A DNA stretch of 51,977 bases, from NCBI GenBank assembly GCA_022750125.1, contig JAKIWH010000002.1, positions 1 through 51,977 on the forward strand, in the 5' to 3' direction. The notes under the pieces are model-generated. The model did not search any database, was not told the origin of the DNA, and saw nothing but the letters and a program-made list of their open reading frames with translations. Made by a program: the position numbers and the translations under genes. The stretch comes from Thermoplasmata archaeon. GTDB lineage: Archaea; Thermoplasmatota; Thermoplasmata; Lutacidiplasmatales; UBA184. Position 1 is the stretch's first letter. Every line of letters starts with the position of its first letter. This document shows positions 17,250 to 25,392 of this stretch, in pieces.

Positions 17250-18875
17250 ATGCTACAAGGAACGCCAATTCTAGTGCTCAAGGAAGGGACCGAGCGGGAC
17301 CGCGGCAAGAGCGCCGCCAACAGCAACATCGCCGCGGCACGCGCCATCGCGGACGCCGTCCGCTCGACGCTCGGCCCGCGCGGCATGGACAAGATGCTCG
17401 TCGATTCGATGGGCGACATCACGATCACGAACGACGGCGTGACCATCCTCAAGGAGGTCGACGTCGAGCACCCCGCGGCGAAGATGATCGTCGAGGTCGC
17501 GAAGACCCAGGACCAGCAGTGCGGCGACGGTACCACCACCGCGGTCGTGCTGGCGGGCGAGCTCCTGAAGCGGGCCGAGGGCCTCCTCGAGCAGAACATC
17601 CACCCGACCGTCATCACCCACGGCTACCAGCTCGCGCTCCAGGAGAGCCGACGGCTCCTGGAGACCGAGATCGGCACCAAGGTGAAGGCGGAGGACGACC
17701 AGATCCTCCTCAACATCGCTGCGACCGCCATGGGCTCGAAGGGCGTCTTCGGCTCCCGGGACAAGCTCGCCCAGATCGCCGTCACCGCCGTCCGGCGCAT
17801 CGCCGAGAAGCGGGGCACCGAGATGGTGGCCGACACCTCCCAGATCAAGCTCGAGAAGCGCCACGGCGGGACGATCGACGATACGAGCCTCATCGAGGGG
17901 ATCATCCTCGACAAGGAACGAGGCCACCCCCGCATGCCCAAAGTGATCAAGGACGCGAAGCTCGCGCTCCTGAACAGCGCCCTCGAGATCAAGAAGACCG
18001 AGGTCGAGAGCAAGATCAACATCAAGTCCCCGACCCAGATCCAGGGGTTCCTCGACGAGGAGGACCGCACCTTCCGCAAGCTCGTCGAGCAGGTGAAGGC
18101 GGCCGGCGCGAACGTCGTCGTCTGCCAGAAGGGGATCGACGACGTCGTCCTCCACTACCTAGCGAAGGAGGGGATCTACGCCGTGAAGCAGGTCAAGGAG
18201 AGCGACCTCCAGAAGCTCGCCCGCGCGACCGGCGCGAAGATCGTGACGGGGATGCGCGAGCTCTCCGCCTCTGACCTAGGCAAGGCCGCACTGGTCGAGG
18301 AGAAGAAGGTCGGCGACGAGCACATGACCTACGTCACGGGCTGTGCGAACCCCCGCTCCGTCTCGATCCTCATCCGCGGCGGCACCGAGCACGTCACCCA
18401 GGAGGTGGAGCGCTCGATCGAGGACGCCCTCAAGGTCGTGGCGAGCGTCATCGAGGACGGGGTCATCTGTCCGGGCGGCGGCGCGACGGAGATCGACCTT
18501 GCCGTGAAGCTCCGGAACTTCGCCCCGAGCGTGGGCGGACGGGAGCAGCTCGCGGTCGAGGCGTTCGCGCAGTCCCTCGAGGTCGTTCCCTGGGCCCTCA
18601 GCGAGAACGGTGGCTACGATTCGATCAACACCTTGCTGGACCTCCGCGGCGCCCACGGTGGGGCGAACGCGAACCGGAACATCGGCGTGAACCTCGCGGA
18701 CGGCAAGGCCACCGACATGTTCGTGCTCAAGGTGGTCGAGCCGCTCCGGGTGAAGCGCCAGGCGCTCACCTCGGCGGTCGAGGTCGCCACGATGGTGCTC
18801 CGTATCGACGACGTGATCGCCTCCAAGAAGGGCTCGCCGGCTCCCCCCGGGGGCGGCGGCGGTCACGGCCACTAG
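17250..18875 (+). CDS. ths: Thermosome subunit (group II chaperonin)
   Basis: [32 protein letters not shown] and VPGGGA-type motifs are present, with a Gly-rich C-terminal tail. The ATG at 17250 is preceded by GGTGA. The track start at 17238 is a TTG. Confidence 0.95.
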   Translation: MLQGTPILVLKEGTERDRGKSAANSNIAAARAIADAVRSTLGPRGMDKMLVDSMGDITITNDGVTILKEVDVEHPAAKMIVEVAKTQDQQCGDGTTTAVVLAGELLKRAEGLLEQNIHPTVITHGYQLALQESRRLLETEIGTKVKAEDDQILLNIAATAMGSKGVFGSRDKLAQIAVTAVRRIAEKRGTEMVADTSQIKLEKRHGGTIDDTSLIEGIILDKERGHPRMPKVIKDAKLALLNSALEIKKTEVESKINIKSPTQIQGFLDEEDRTFRKLVEQVKAAGANVVVCQKGIDDVVLHYLAKEGIYAVKQVKESDLQKLARATGAKIVTGMRELSASDLGKAALVEEKKVGDEHMTYVTGCANPRSVSILIRGGTEHVTQEVERSIEDALKVVASVIEDGVICPGGGATEIDLAVKLRNFAPSVGGREQLAVEAFAQSLEVVPWALSENGGYDSINTLLDLRGAHGGANANRNIGVNLADGKATDMFVLKVVEPLRVKRQALTSAVEVATMVLRIDDVIASKKGSPAPPGGGGGHGH

Positions 18876-18958
18876 ACTAGACCCGACGGCTTCGGGCCCG
18901 GGAGCCGAGCTCCCGCGGTCCGAAGCGCTCTTATCGGGGCGCGGGTAGCCCGCCCTCC

Positions 18959-19366
18959 ATGCGCACGAAGTCGGTCGACGGCGTTCTCCGCGTCGACGTG
19001 ATGCGGCTCGAGCCCCGACCGGCGCTCTACATGGCCTACGACGGCCTCGGAGGACTCTCCCAGCGACCGCTCCTGCGCGACCTCGTCGAGGAGCTGCAGC
19101 GCCAGGGCCCCGAGGGGTTCGGAAAGCTCCTCGAGTCGCTCCGCCTCCACCACTCGGCGCAGCTCCACGTCTACTTCTCGGACTACGTGAGCTACGGGAT
19201 CGGCGGCGGGGACGCGACCGCTGAATTCTTCTTCGGGACCTTCCTCCTGCTCCACGCCCCGCCCAAGCCCGCCCAGGGCTCTACGCCCGCCACCCAGGAG
19301 GAACTGCTCCTCATCCGGCCGCAGGGGACGACGGAGCGTCTGCTCCTCGACCCGAGCGCGAACTAG
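18959..19366 (+). CDS. Hypothetical protein
   Basis: Third-position GC is very high and the composition is protein-like. CTTATC lies about 26-31 nt upstream of the ATG. No family was recognised. Confidence 0.65.
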   Translation: MRTKSVDGVLRVDVMRLEPRPALYMAYDGLGGLSQRPLLRDLVEELQRQGPEGFGKLLESLRLHHSAQLHVYFSDYVSYGIGGGDATAEFFFGTFLLLHAPPKPAQGSTPATQEELLLIRPQGTTERLLLDPSAN

Positions 19367-19415
19367 CGCCCGCAAGAATTATCGTTCCGGGCGCCGCCGC
19401 GCTCCTCGGTACGAC

Positions 19416-20906
19416 GTGACGGACCCCGAGGAGTCGAGCCGGCTCGAGGCCGAGCGGCTCGCCAAGATCGAGCGGATCCGTGTGCGGGGCGGCGAGCCGT
19501 ACCCGTGGACGTTCGCCGGACGCGTGAGCACGGCCGAGGCGCGCGCCCAGTGCACGGGGCTCGCGCCGGGCACGGAGGCCGCAGGGTCCGTCCGAGTCGC
19601 CGGCCGAATTCGCTCGATCCGGGAGCACGGGCAATCGAGCTTCCTCGACCTCGAGGACGCCGCGGGCTCGATCCAGTTGTTCCTGCGAGGAGAGGAGCTC
19701 GGGGATCGATACGACCTGGCGCTCGCCGAGGTGGATCCTGGCGACATCGTCGGCGCGGACGGGGCCCCGTCGGTCACCCGTCGAGGCGAGCCCTCGATCC
19801 GGGTGAACTCCCTCGAGCTCCTCGCGAAGGCGATCCACCCACCCCCCGACAAGTACCATGGGCTCAAGGACCCCGAGGCGCGGCTGCGCCAGCGGTACGT
19901 CGAGCTGCTCACCTCCCCCGAGAGCCGGGTCCGGTTCCAGGGTCGGTACGAGATTCTCCGGGAAACTCGGCGATTCTTCGACGCCCACGGTTTCATGGAG
20001 GCCGAGACCGCCGTGCTCGTCCCGGTCGCGGGCGGGGCCGCGGCCGAGCCGTTCACCACCCACTCTCGGTACCTCGACAACGACCTCCAGCTCCGAATTT
20101 CCCTCGAGCTTCCGTTGAAGCGGCTCCTCGTCGGCGGCTTCGAACGGGTGTACGAGCTCGGCCAGGTGTTCCGGAACGAGGACCTCGACACGATCCACTC
20201 CCCCGAGTTCACCCTCCTCGAGGCGTACTGGGCCTACGCCGACTACCTCGACATGCGGGGACTCGTCGAGCAGCTGTACGGCGAGCTCGCGGCGCACGTC
20301 GCGAGGCGGTACCCCGAGCTCCCGGCAGCGGCCGGTGCACCCTCGCTCTTCCGCGCGCCGTTCGCCACCGTGGATTTCGTCGAGGCGCTCGAGGCGAAGA
20401 TGGGGACGACGGGAGTTCTCGAGCGGAGCCGGGAAGAGCTCGGTGCCCTCGCGCGAGCGGCGGGCGCCTCCGTTCCCGAGGACTCCCCCGCGGGGGTCTT
20501 CCTCGACAAGCTGTTCGACAAGTACGTCACTCCGGGGCTCGTCCGGCCGACGTTCGTGATGGACCACCCGCTCGCTACAACCCCGCTGGCGAAACGCCAC
20601 CGCAGTAAGCCCGGGAGGGTCGAGCGGTTCGAGCTCTTCTGCGGGGAGCTCGAGCTCGCGAACGCGTACACGGAGCTCAACGATCCCGTGGAGCAGGAAC
20701 GGCGCTTCAAGGCGCAGGCCGGGGGACGGGCCGAGGCGGCGTACGCGTTCGATGCGGACTTCGTTGAGGCGCTCCGCTACGGCATGCCGCCCGCGACCGG
20801 CGTCGGGATCGGCATAGATCGGGCCGTGATGCGGCTGCTCGGGGTCTCTTCCATCAAGGAGGTCCGCCTCTTCCCCCAAACCCGCCCGAAGGCGGACGCC
20901 GCGTAG
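19416..20906 (+). CDS. lysS: Lysyl-tRNA synthetase, class II
   Basis: An N-terminal OB domain is followed by RQRYVEL, GGAAAEPF, LRISLELPLKRLLVGG, FRNEDLD..HSPEFT.LE.Y.AYADY and GMPPATGVGIGIDR..M.L. These are class IIb LysRS signatures. Confidence 0.92.
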   Translation: MTDPEESSRLEAERLAKIERIRVRGGEPYPWTFAGRVSTAEARAQCTGLAPGTEAAGSVRVAGRIRSIREHGQSSFLDLEDAAGSIQLFLRGEELGDRYDLALAEVDPGDIVGADGAPSVTRRGEPSIRVNSLELLAKAIHPPPDKYHGLKDPEARLRQRYVELLTSPESRVRFQGRYEILRETRRFFDAHGFMEAETAVLVPVAGGAAAEPFTTHSRYLDNDLQLRISLELPLKRLLVGGFERVYELGQVFRNEDLDTIHSPEFTLLEAYWAYADYLDMRGLVEQLYGELAAHVARRYPELPAAAGAPSLFRAPFATVDFVEALEAKMGTTGVLERSREELGALARAAGASVPEDSPAGVFLDKLFDKYVTPGLVRPTFVMDHPLATTPLAKRHRSKPGRVERFELFCGELELANAYTELNDPVEQERRFKAQAGGRAEAAYAFDADFVEALRYGMPPATGVGIGIDRAVMRLLGVSSIKEVRLFPQTRPKADAA

Positions 20907-20922
20907 CTCGGGAACTTTCCGT

Positions 20923-21960
20923 CTAGAGCGTTCGAGCGATCCGCCGGTCCCGCCGGCGGGCGAGGAGGAGACCCGCCCCGGCGAGCACCGACGCTGCGAC
21001 GATCGCCCCGAGGTAGACGGGGGCGCTCCCGCTCACGGTTCGGGGCAGGAGTGGGGCCGGCAACGTGAGGAGGAACCGGGCGCTCCCGTTTACGCTCGAG
21101 CTCCCCTTCCCGGAGGACGCGAGGGTGACCCGGTCGACGCTCGAATTCGCGTAGAAGGTCCCGGCCGTCACGCCAACGCTCCGGTTCGAGGCGCGCGCTG
21201 CGGAGTTCCAGGAGAGGGTCACCTGCGACCCACCGGGGCCGGTCGCGCCAACGCTCCCGGTCGTCGAGGAGGACCAGACGATGCCTCCCGGCGCGAGGGT
21301 GGCGCCGGAGCAGCTCACGGGGGTGACGCTCCCGGGGCAGGAGGAAAAGCCGGTCCCGTTCGGGAAGGAGAACTGCATCTCGATCCCGAGGAGGTCCGAG
21401 CTCGACTGCCACGGCCAGTTCACGATGCTCCAGTTGAGGGCGATGCCCTGCTGGCCCGCCGTCGGCGGAAGAAGCCCGTAGGAGACGGAGAGCTCCGCGT
21501 GGCCCTTCGAGGGATTCGCGGCGATGCTCTCGAGGTTCGAGCCGGCCCAGAGGGGAAGGCCTGCATACCGCACTCCGAGCGTGCCGTTGAGGCCGAGGTC
21601 GAATCGGCCCACACCGCCCGACTGCGTGACGTTGAACGCCGACGTGCTCTCGGGATTCGCCGCGAGCTCGACGATGGGATGCGTCCCGTTGAGCGGGGCG
21701 AGCTCGAGCACGTGGGCGAGCCCGAGGACGGAGTCCACCGAGGGGTTCGCGTCCTGCACGAGCTCGACGCTTGGGACGTCGCTTGGGAAGAGCACTCGAA
21801 TCGCGCCGCTGTTGTAGGCCGTGCTGTTGTAAGATGGAGCGTCCGCGCGCGCGCCTGCGAAGAACAGCGGGCCGAAGAAGAGTACGGCGACGAGAAGGAC
21901 GGCAAAGGTGCCTGCCGGGGCCGTTCGAGAAGCGCCCCGGGAGCGGGGCCGGAGGTGCAT
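20923..21960 (-). CDS. Secreted, C-terminally membrane-anchored glycoprotein-like protein, hypothetical
   Basis: A signal-like N-terminus (MHLRPRSRGASRTAPAGTFAVLLVAVLFFGPLFFAGARA) is followed by many N-x-S/T sequons. A C-terminal TM segment plus RRRDRR anchor ends it. An alternative ATG lies at 22020; the rest of track ORF 20923..22389 overlaps the next gene. Confidence 0.7.
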   Translation of the reverse strand: MHLRPRSRGASRTAPAGTFAVLLVAVLFFGPLFFAGARADAPSYNSTAYNSGAIRVLFPSDVPSVELVQDANPSVDSVLGLAHVLELAPLNGTHPIVELAANPESTSAFNVTQSGGVGRFDLGLNGTLGVRYAGLPLWAGSNLESIAANPSKGHAELSVSYGLLPPTAGQQGIALNWSIVNWPWQSSSDLLGIEMQFSFPNGTGFSSCPGSVTPVSCSGATLAPGGIVWSSSTTGSVGATGPGGSQVTLSWNSAARASNRSVGVTAGTFYANSSVDRVTLASSGKGSSSVNGSARFLLTLPAPLLPRTVSGSAPVYLGAIVAASVLAGAGLLLARRRDRRIARTL

Positions 21961-22031
21961 GGATGTGCTCCTATCCGCACCGGGTACCGCGGGGCTCGGC
22001 GCATAAGGCTTGTCGAACATCCGTTGCTCGT

Positions 22032-22571
22032 TCACGGGTGGAGCTCCGACCAGAACCTCAGGAACCGGTCGACGACCGTCTCGGGCAGCGGCGGGTACCG
22101 GAGCAGGATCTCGTGCACCCGCTTCGGTTCCGCGAGCCGGACGGTCCGTCCGGCGCCCGCGCCCTCCCGGACGACCACCCCGACCGCCTCGAGCCGCCGG
22201 AGGTAGTAGGCGAGGTTCGTGCTCGACGCGGAGACCTCCTCGGCGAGCGCGCCCGGGGGTGCCGGACCGTCGAGGTAGAGCTGCAGCAAGATCGCGCGGG
22301 GGACCGCCTGACGCAGGAGCGAAAGGAGCAGTTTCTCCTCCTCCGACATCGGGGTGCCGAAGCCGACGGGGGTCTCCGGAAAGCAGCACTTGTAGCCTCC
22401 CTGGAAACGGATCGCGATGAACCCCTTCCGGCCGAGCTGGTAGAGGTGGTAGTCGAGCGTCCCGATCGGGATCGAGAGGCGGCGCCGGATCTCCCGGAGA
22501 TGACCGCCCGGGTACTGTTGCACGAAGCTGAGGAGCGCCTCGGCCCAGGTTCCGCTAGCACGACCCGCCAC
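22032..22571 (-). CDS. Transcriptional regulator with two winged-helix (ArsR-like) domains
   Basis: Two wHTH-like modules are visible: HLREIRRRLSIPIGTLDYHLYQLGRKGFI and ALAEEVSASSTNLAYYLRRLEAVGVV. Confidence 0.8.
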   Translation of the reverse strand: MAGRASGTWAEALLSFVQQYPGGHLREIRRRLSIPIGTLDYHLYQLGRKGFIAIRFQGGYKCCFPETPVGFGTPMSEEEKLLLSLLRQAVPRAILLQLYLDGPAPPGALAEEVSASSTNLAYYLRRLEAVGVVVREGAGAGRTVRLAEPKRVHEILLRYPPLPETVVDRFLRFWSELHP

Positions 22572-22604
22572 TGTCTCGCCTTCCCCCTGGCTCGCCGATC
22601 GCCC

Positions 22605-22877
22605 CTAGCGGACGAGCGTCGCGAGGAAGAGCACCACGAGGACGGCCATCTCGAACGCGGCGGAGACGAGGAGGAGGAACGTGGCGTCGGCCCCCCCGAG
22701 CGCGAGGCTCCAGCCGACGTAGACGCCTTGGACCGCCAGGAGGAGAAACCCGAGGCTCACGAGGTACATCCGGGGGGAACGGGACCGGCGTACCGCCACG
22801 ATCGAGAGGCCGCTGAGCGCCGCACCCAGCACCGCCACTCCAGCGTACGCCGCGTCGGCGAGCGTGCCGGTGTCCAT
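22605..22877 (-). CDS. Small membrane protein (3 predicted TM segments), hypothetical
   Basis: A 90-aa protein with three hydrophobic segments. Its ATG at 22875-22877 was verified. It is co-oriented with, and immediately upstream of, the wHTH regulator. Confidence 0.65.
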   Translation of the reverse strand: MDTGTLADAAYAGVAVLGAALSGLSIVAVRRSRSPRMYLVSLGFLLLAVQGVYVGWSLALGGADATFLLLVSAAFEMAVLVVLFLATLVR

Positions 22878-22930
22878 CTTTAGTTCCGGAACGGTGGTGT
22901 CGCTTTTAACAGCCCCTCCCTCGGTCGGGG

Positions 22931-23728
22931 GTGGAGGAGCCTACCTCGCCCGCGGCGGTGCCGCTTGCGATCGAAGGGCTCCGGATCGAGTACGGGTCGA
23001 TCGTAGCCGTCGAGCGGCTCTCGGTGAGCGTTCGACCGGGGGAGATCTACGGGCTTCTCGGTTCGAACGGTGCCGGCAAGTCGAGCACCATCCGAAGCGT
23101 CGTCGGGCTCGTTGCGCCCGCCGCGGGGTCGATCCGGGTGTTCGGGCTCGACCCCGTCCGCGAGGCGATCTCCGTGCGGGCCCGGACGGGCTACGTGCCC
23201 GAAAGTCCCCTCCTGTTCGATGCGCTCACGCCCCGCGAGTTCCTCGAGTTCGTTGCGTCGGTCCGGGAGCTCACCCAAGCGGATGCCGCGGACCGTGCGG
23301 GGCGGTACCTCTCCGCGCTCGGGCTGGAAGGGGAGACCGAGCAGCCGCTCGCCGGCCTCTCGATGGGCACGCGACAAAAGGTGCTCCTCGTTGCGGCGCT
23401 GCTGCATCGGCCAGCGCTGCTGGTTCTCGACGAACCGCTGCAGCACCTCGATCCCCGCTCCGTGCGGATCGTGAAGGAGCTCCTCGGGGCGTACGTTCGC
23501 GAGAACGGCCGGGGCGTGCTCCTCTCCACCCACCAGATGGAAGTGGCGGAGCAGCTCTGCCACCGTGTCGGGATCCTCGACCGTGGCCGGCTGCGTGCCG
23601 AAGGTCCGATCTCCGAGCTCCGCGCCGCCCACGGCGGCGAGTCGGCCACCCTAGAACAAGTGTTCCTGCGGGTCACCGACGCGGAGGCCGACGTCGCCGC
23701 CGCGGTGCGCCACCTCACGGACCGGTGA
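22931..23728 (+). CDS. ABC transporter ATP-binding protein
   Basis: Walker A (GSNGAGKSS), the signature motif (LSMGTRQK), Walker B (LLVLDEP) and an H-loop (STH) are present. Confidence 0.92.
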   Translation: MEEPTSPAAVPLAIEGLRIEYGSIVAVERLSVSVRPGEIYGLLGSNGAGKSSTIRSVVGLVAPAAGSIRVFGLDPVREAISVRARTGYVPESPLLFDALTPREFLEFVASVRELTQADAADRAGRYLSALGLEGETEQPLAGLSMGTRQKVLLVAALLHRPALLVLDEPLQHLDPRSVRIVKELLGAYVRENGRGVLLSTHQMEVAEQLCHRVGILDRGRLRAEGPISELRAAHGGESATLEQVFLRVTDAEADVAAAVRHLTDR

Positions 23729-25392
23729 GGCTCGTGGCACTCCGCGAGGCCAACCGGCTGAGCCGCACCATCTACGCCGAACTTCGCTTCCAGGCGATCT
23801 ACTCGCTCCGCCAAGGGAACCTTCTCCCGCGGCTCCCCGCCCGCGAGCTCGTCCTCCGGGCCGAGCGCCAGGTGTTCCAGAGCAAGATCGCGGTCGCCTT
23901 CCTGCTCGGGCTCCTGCAGCTCGGGACGCTCGCCCTGCTCACCCCGAGGGGGGAGCTGCTCTTGGGAGCGGGAGTTCCCCGTCCCGTCTACATCGCGACG
24001 GTCCTCGGAGGGCTCTGGCTCATCGAGCTGAGCCTTCTCTGGACCGAGGGGCTCCAGATCCTTCCGACATTCCTCTCGAGCCGAGCCGTGAGCCTCCTGG
24101 AGACGTTGCCCATCGACCGCCGAACGGGCGAGGAGGCCTCGATGCTCGCCGTGCTCCGCCTCTTCGACCTGCCGGCGATTGTCGCCATCGTGGGCCCGGC
24201 ATTCGTGATCGGGGTGGCGCTCTCGAATCCCTGGGCCGCGATCGCTGCCGTGCCGGGGGGGATCGCCGTCGTGCTCCTCGGGCTCGTGCTCTCGCTTGCG
24301 ACCGGTGGGTTCTTTGTCCGCCACCTCGCTTCCGCGCCGGGCGGGCGACGCTCGACCGCCGTCCGCTGGCTCTTCCTGCTCGCCGGGACGGTCCCCGCGT
24401 TGGGGCTCTATGCCTTCTTCAGCTTCGCACCGCCGCTCATGGCCGCGCTCGGAACACTTTCGAGCGACCACTCCTCCGCCGTGGGCGCGCTGTTCCTCCT
24501 CTTCCCGTTCGCGTTCGCCGCGCTCCCCGGGTCGACGGCGGGACTCTCCCTCCCGCCACCCCTCGCGGGCCCCCTCCTTGCCCTGGTGCTCGTGGGGTAC
24601 ACGGCGATCTTCCTCACCGGAGCGAGCTGGCTCGTCGGCGCGCCCCGCCGGCTTTCGCTGGCCGTCGCGAACGCAACGGCCCGTCCGAGTCGCGGTGCGA
24701 GGCTCCGGACGACGGGGCCCGCCTGGGCGGTGTTCCAGAAGGACCTCCGCGTCGCCTCCCGAACGCCGGGCTACGGATTCCTCATCCTCCTCCCGCTCCT
24801 CGACGCGGCGGCGCTCGGGCTCGCCACCTTCAGCCTGAAGCCGGATCCGTCGACCATCGCGAGCTTGGGCTCAGCGGCGGTCTCCACCTCGGAGCTGCTC
24901 GCAATCTTCTTCGCTCCTGCCTTCTTCGCGACCGAGGTGATCGGGCTATCGTACACGCGGGCGCTCCCGCTCACCGGCCGGTCGCTCCTCGGTGGAAAGC
25001 TCGCGCTGGTCCTCCTGATCTACCTCCTCTCCGCCGGGATCGTCCTCACGCTCACGCTCCTTCGGCTGTTCGAACCGGTCTTCCTCCTCCTCTTCGTCGC
25101 CGCGGGCCTGCCGGGGCTCCTCGCGGCCGCCTGCGGTGAGCTCGGACTCCTCCTCCGCCGGGCCGCCCGGAAGGGGATGGTCTCGGGCCAGCTGTTCAGC
25201 GGAGGCTGGTGGATGCTCACCGTCGCCATCCCCGGGATCCTCGTGGCCGCGATCCCGCTCGGGAGCTACGCGTACTTCTCGCGCGTTGCGGGCACCTACG
25301 TCGGGCTCGGCGCGCTCGCCGCCGCGGGCTCGGTCGAGCTCGCCCTCCTCCTTCCGCTCGCGCTGCTCGCCGCGCGGGGGGTCGTGACGTGA
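23725..25392 (+). CDS. ABC-transporter-associated polytopic permease (~12 TM), family unclear
   Basis: A 555-aa, highly hydrophobic protein. Its GTG at 23725 overlaps the ATPase stop (GTGA). The upstream part of track ORF 22864.. is an out-of-frame read-through of the ATPase gene. Confidence 0.8.
   Translation: MRLVALREANRLSRTIYAELRFQAIYSLRQGNLLPRLPARELVLRAERQVFQSKIAVAFLLGLLQLGTLALLTPRGELLLGAGVPRPVYIATVLGGLWLIELSLLWTEGLQILPTFLSSRAVSLLETLPIDRRTGEEASMLAVLRLFDLPAIVAIVGPAFVIGVALSNPWAAIAAVPGGIAVVLLGLVLSLATGGFFVRHLASAPGGRRSTAVRWLFLLAGTVPALGLYAFFSFAPPLMAALGTLSSDHSSAVGALFLLFPFAFAALPGSTAGLSLPPPLAGPLLALVLVGYTAIFLTGASWLVGAPRRLSLAVANATARPSRGARLRTTGPAWAVFQKDLRVASRTPGYGFLILLPLLDAAALGLATFSLKPDPSTIASLGSAAVSTSELLAIFFAPAFFATEVIGLSYTRALPLTGRSLLGGKLALVLLIYLLSAGIVLTLTLLRLFEPVFLLLFVAAGLPGLLAAACGELGLLLRRAARKGMVSGQLFSGGWWMLTVAIPGILVAAIPLGSYAYFSRVAGTYVGLGALAAAGSVELALLLPLALLAARGVVT

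Noticed and set aside
17229-17252. A TCACC-N6-GGTGA hairpin could sequester the GGTGA Shine-Dalgarno-like element in front of the thermosome ATG. This suggested a possible RNA thermometer for a heat-shock gene.
   Set aside because: The stem is only 5 bp. With the TATA-like box at 17212-17219, the predicted transcription start falls around 17240-17245, so the 5' arm would not be in the transcript.
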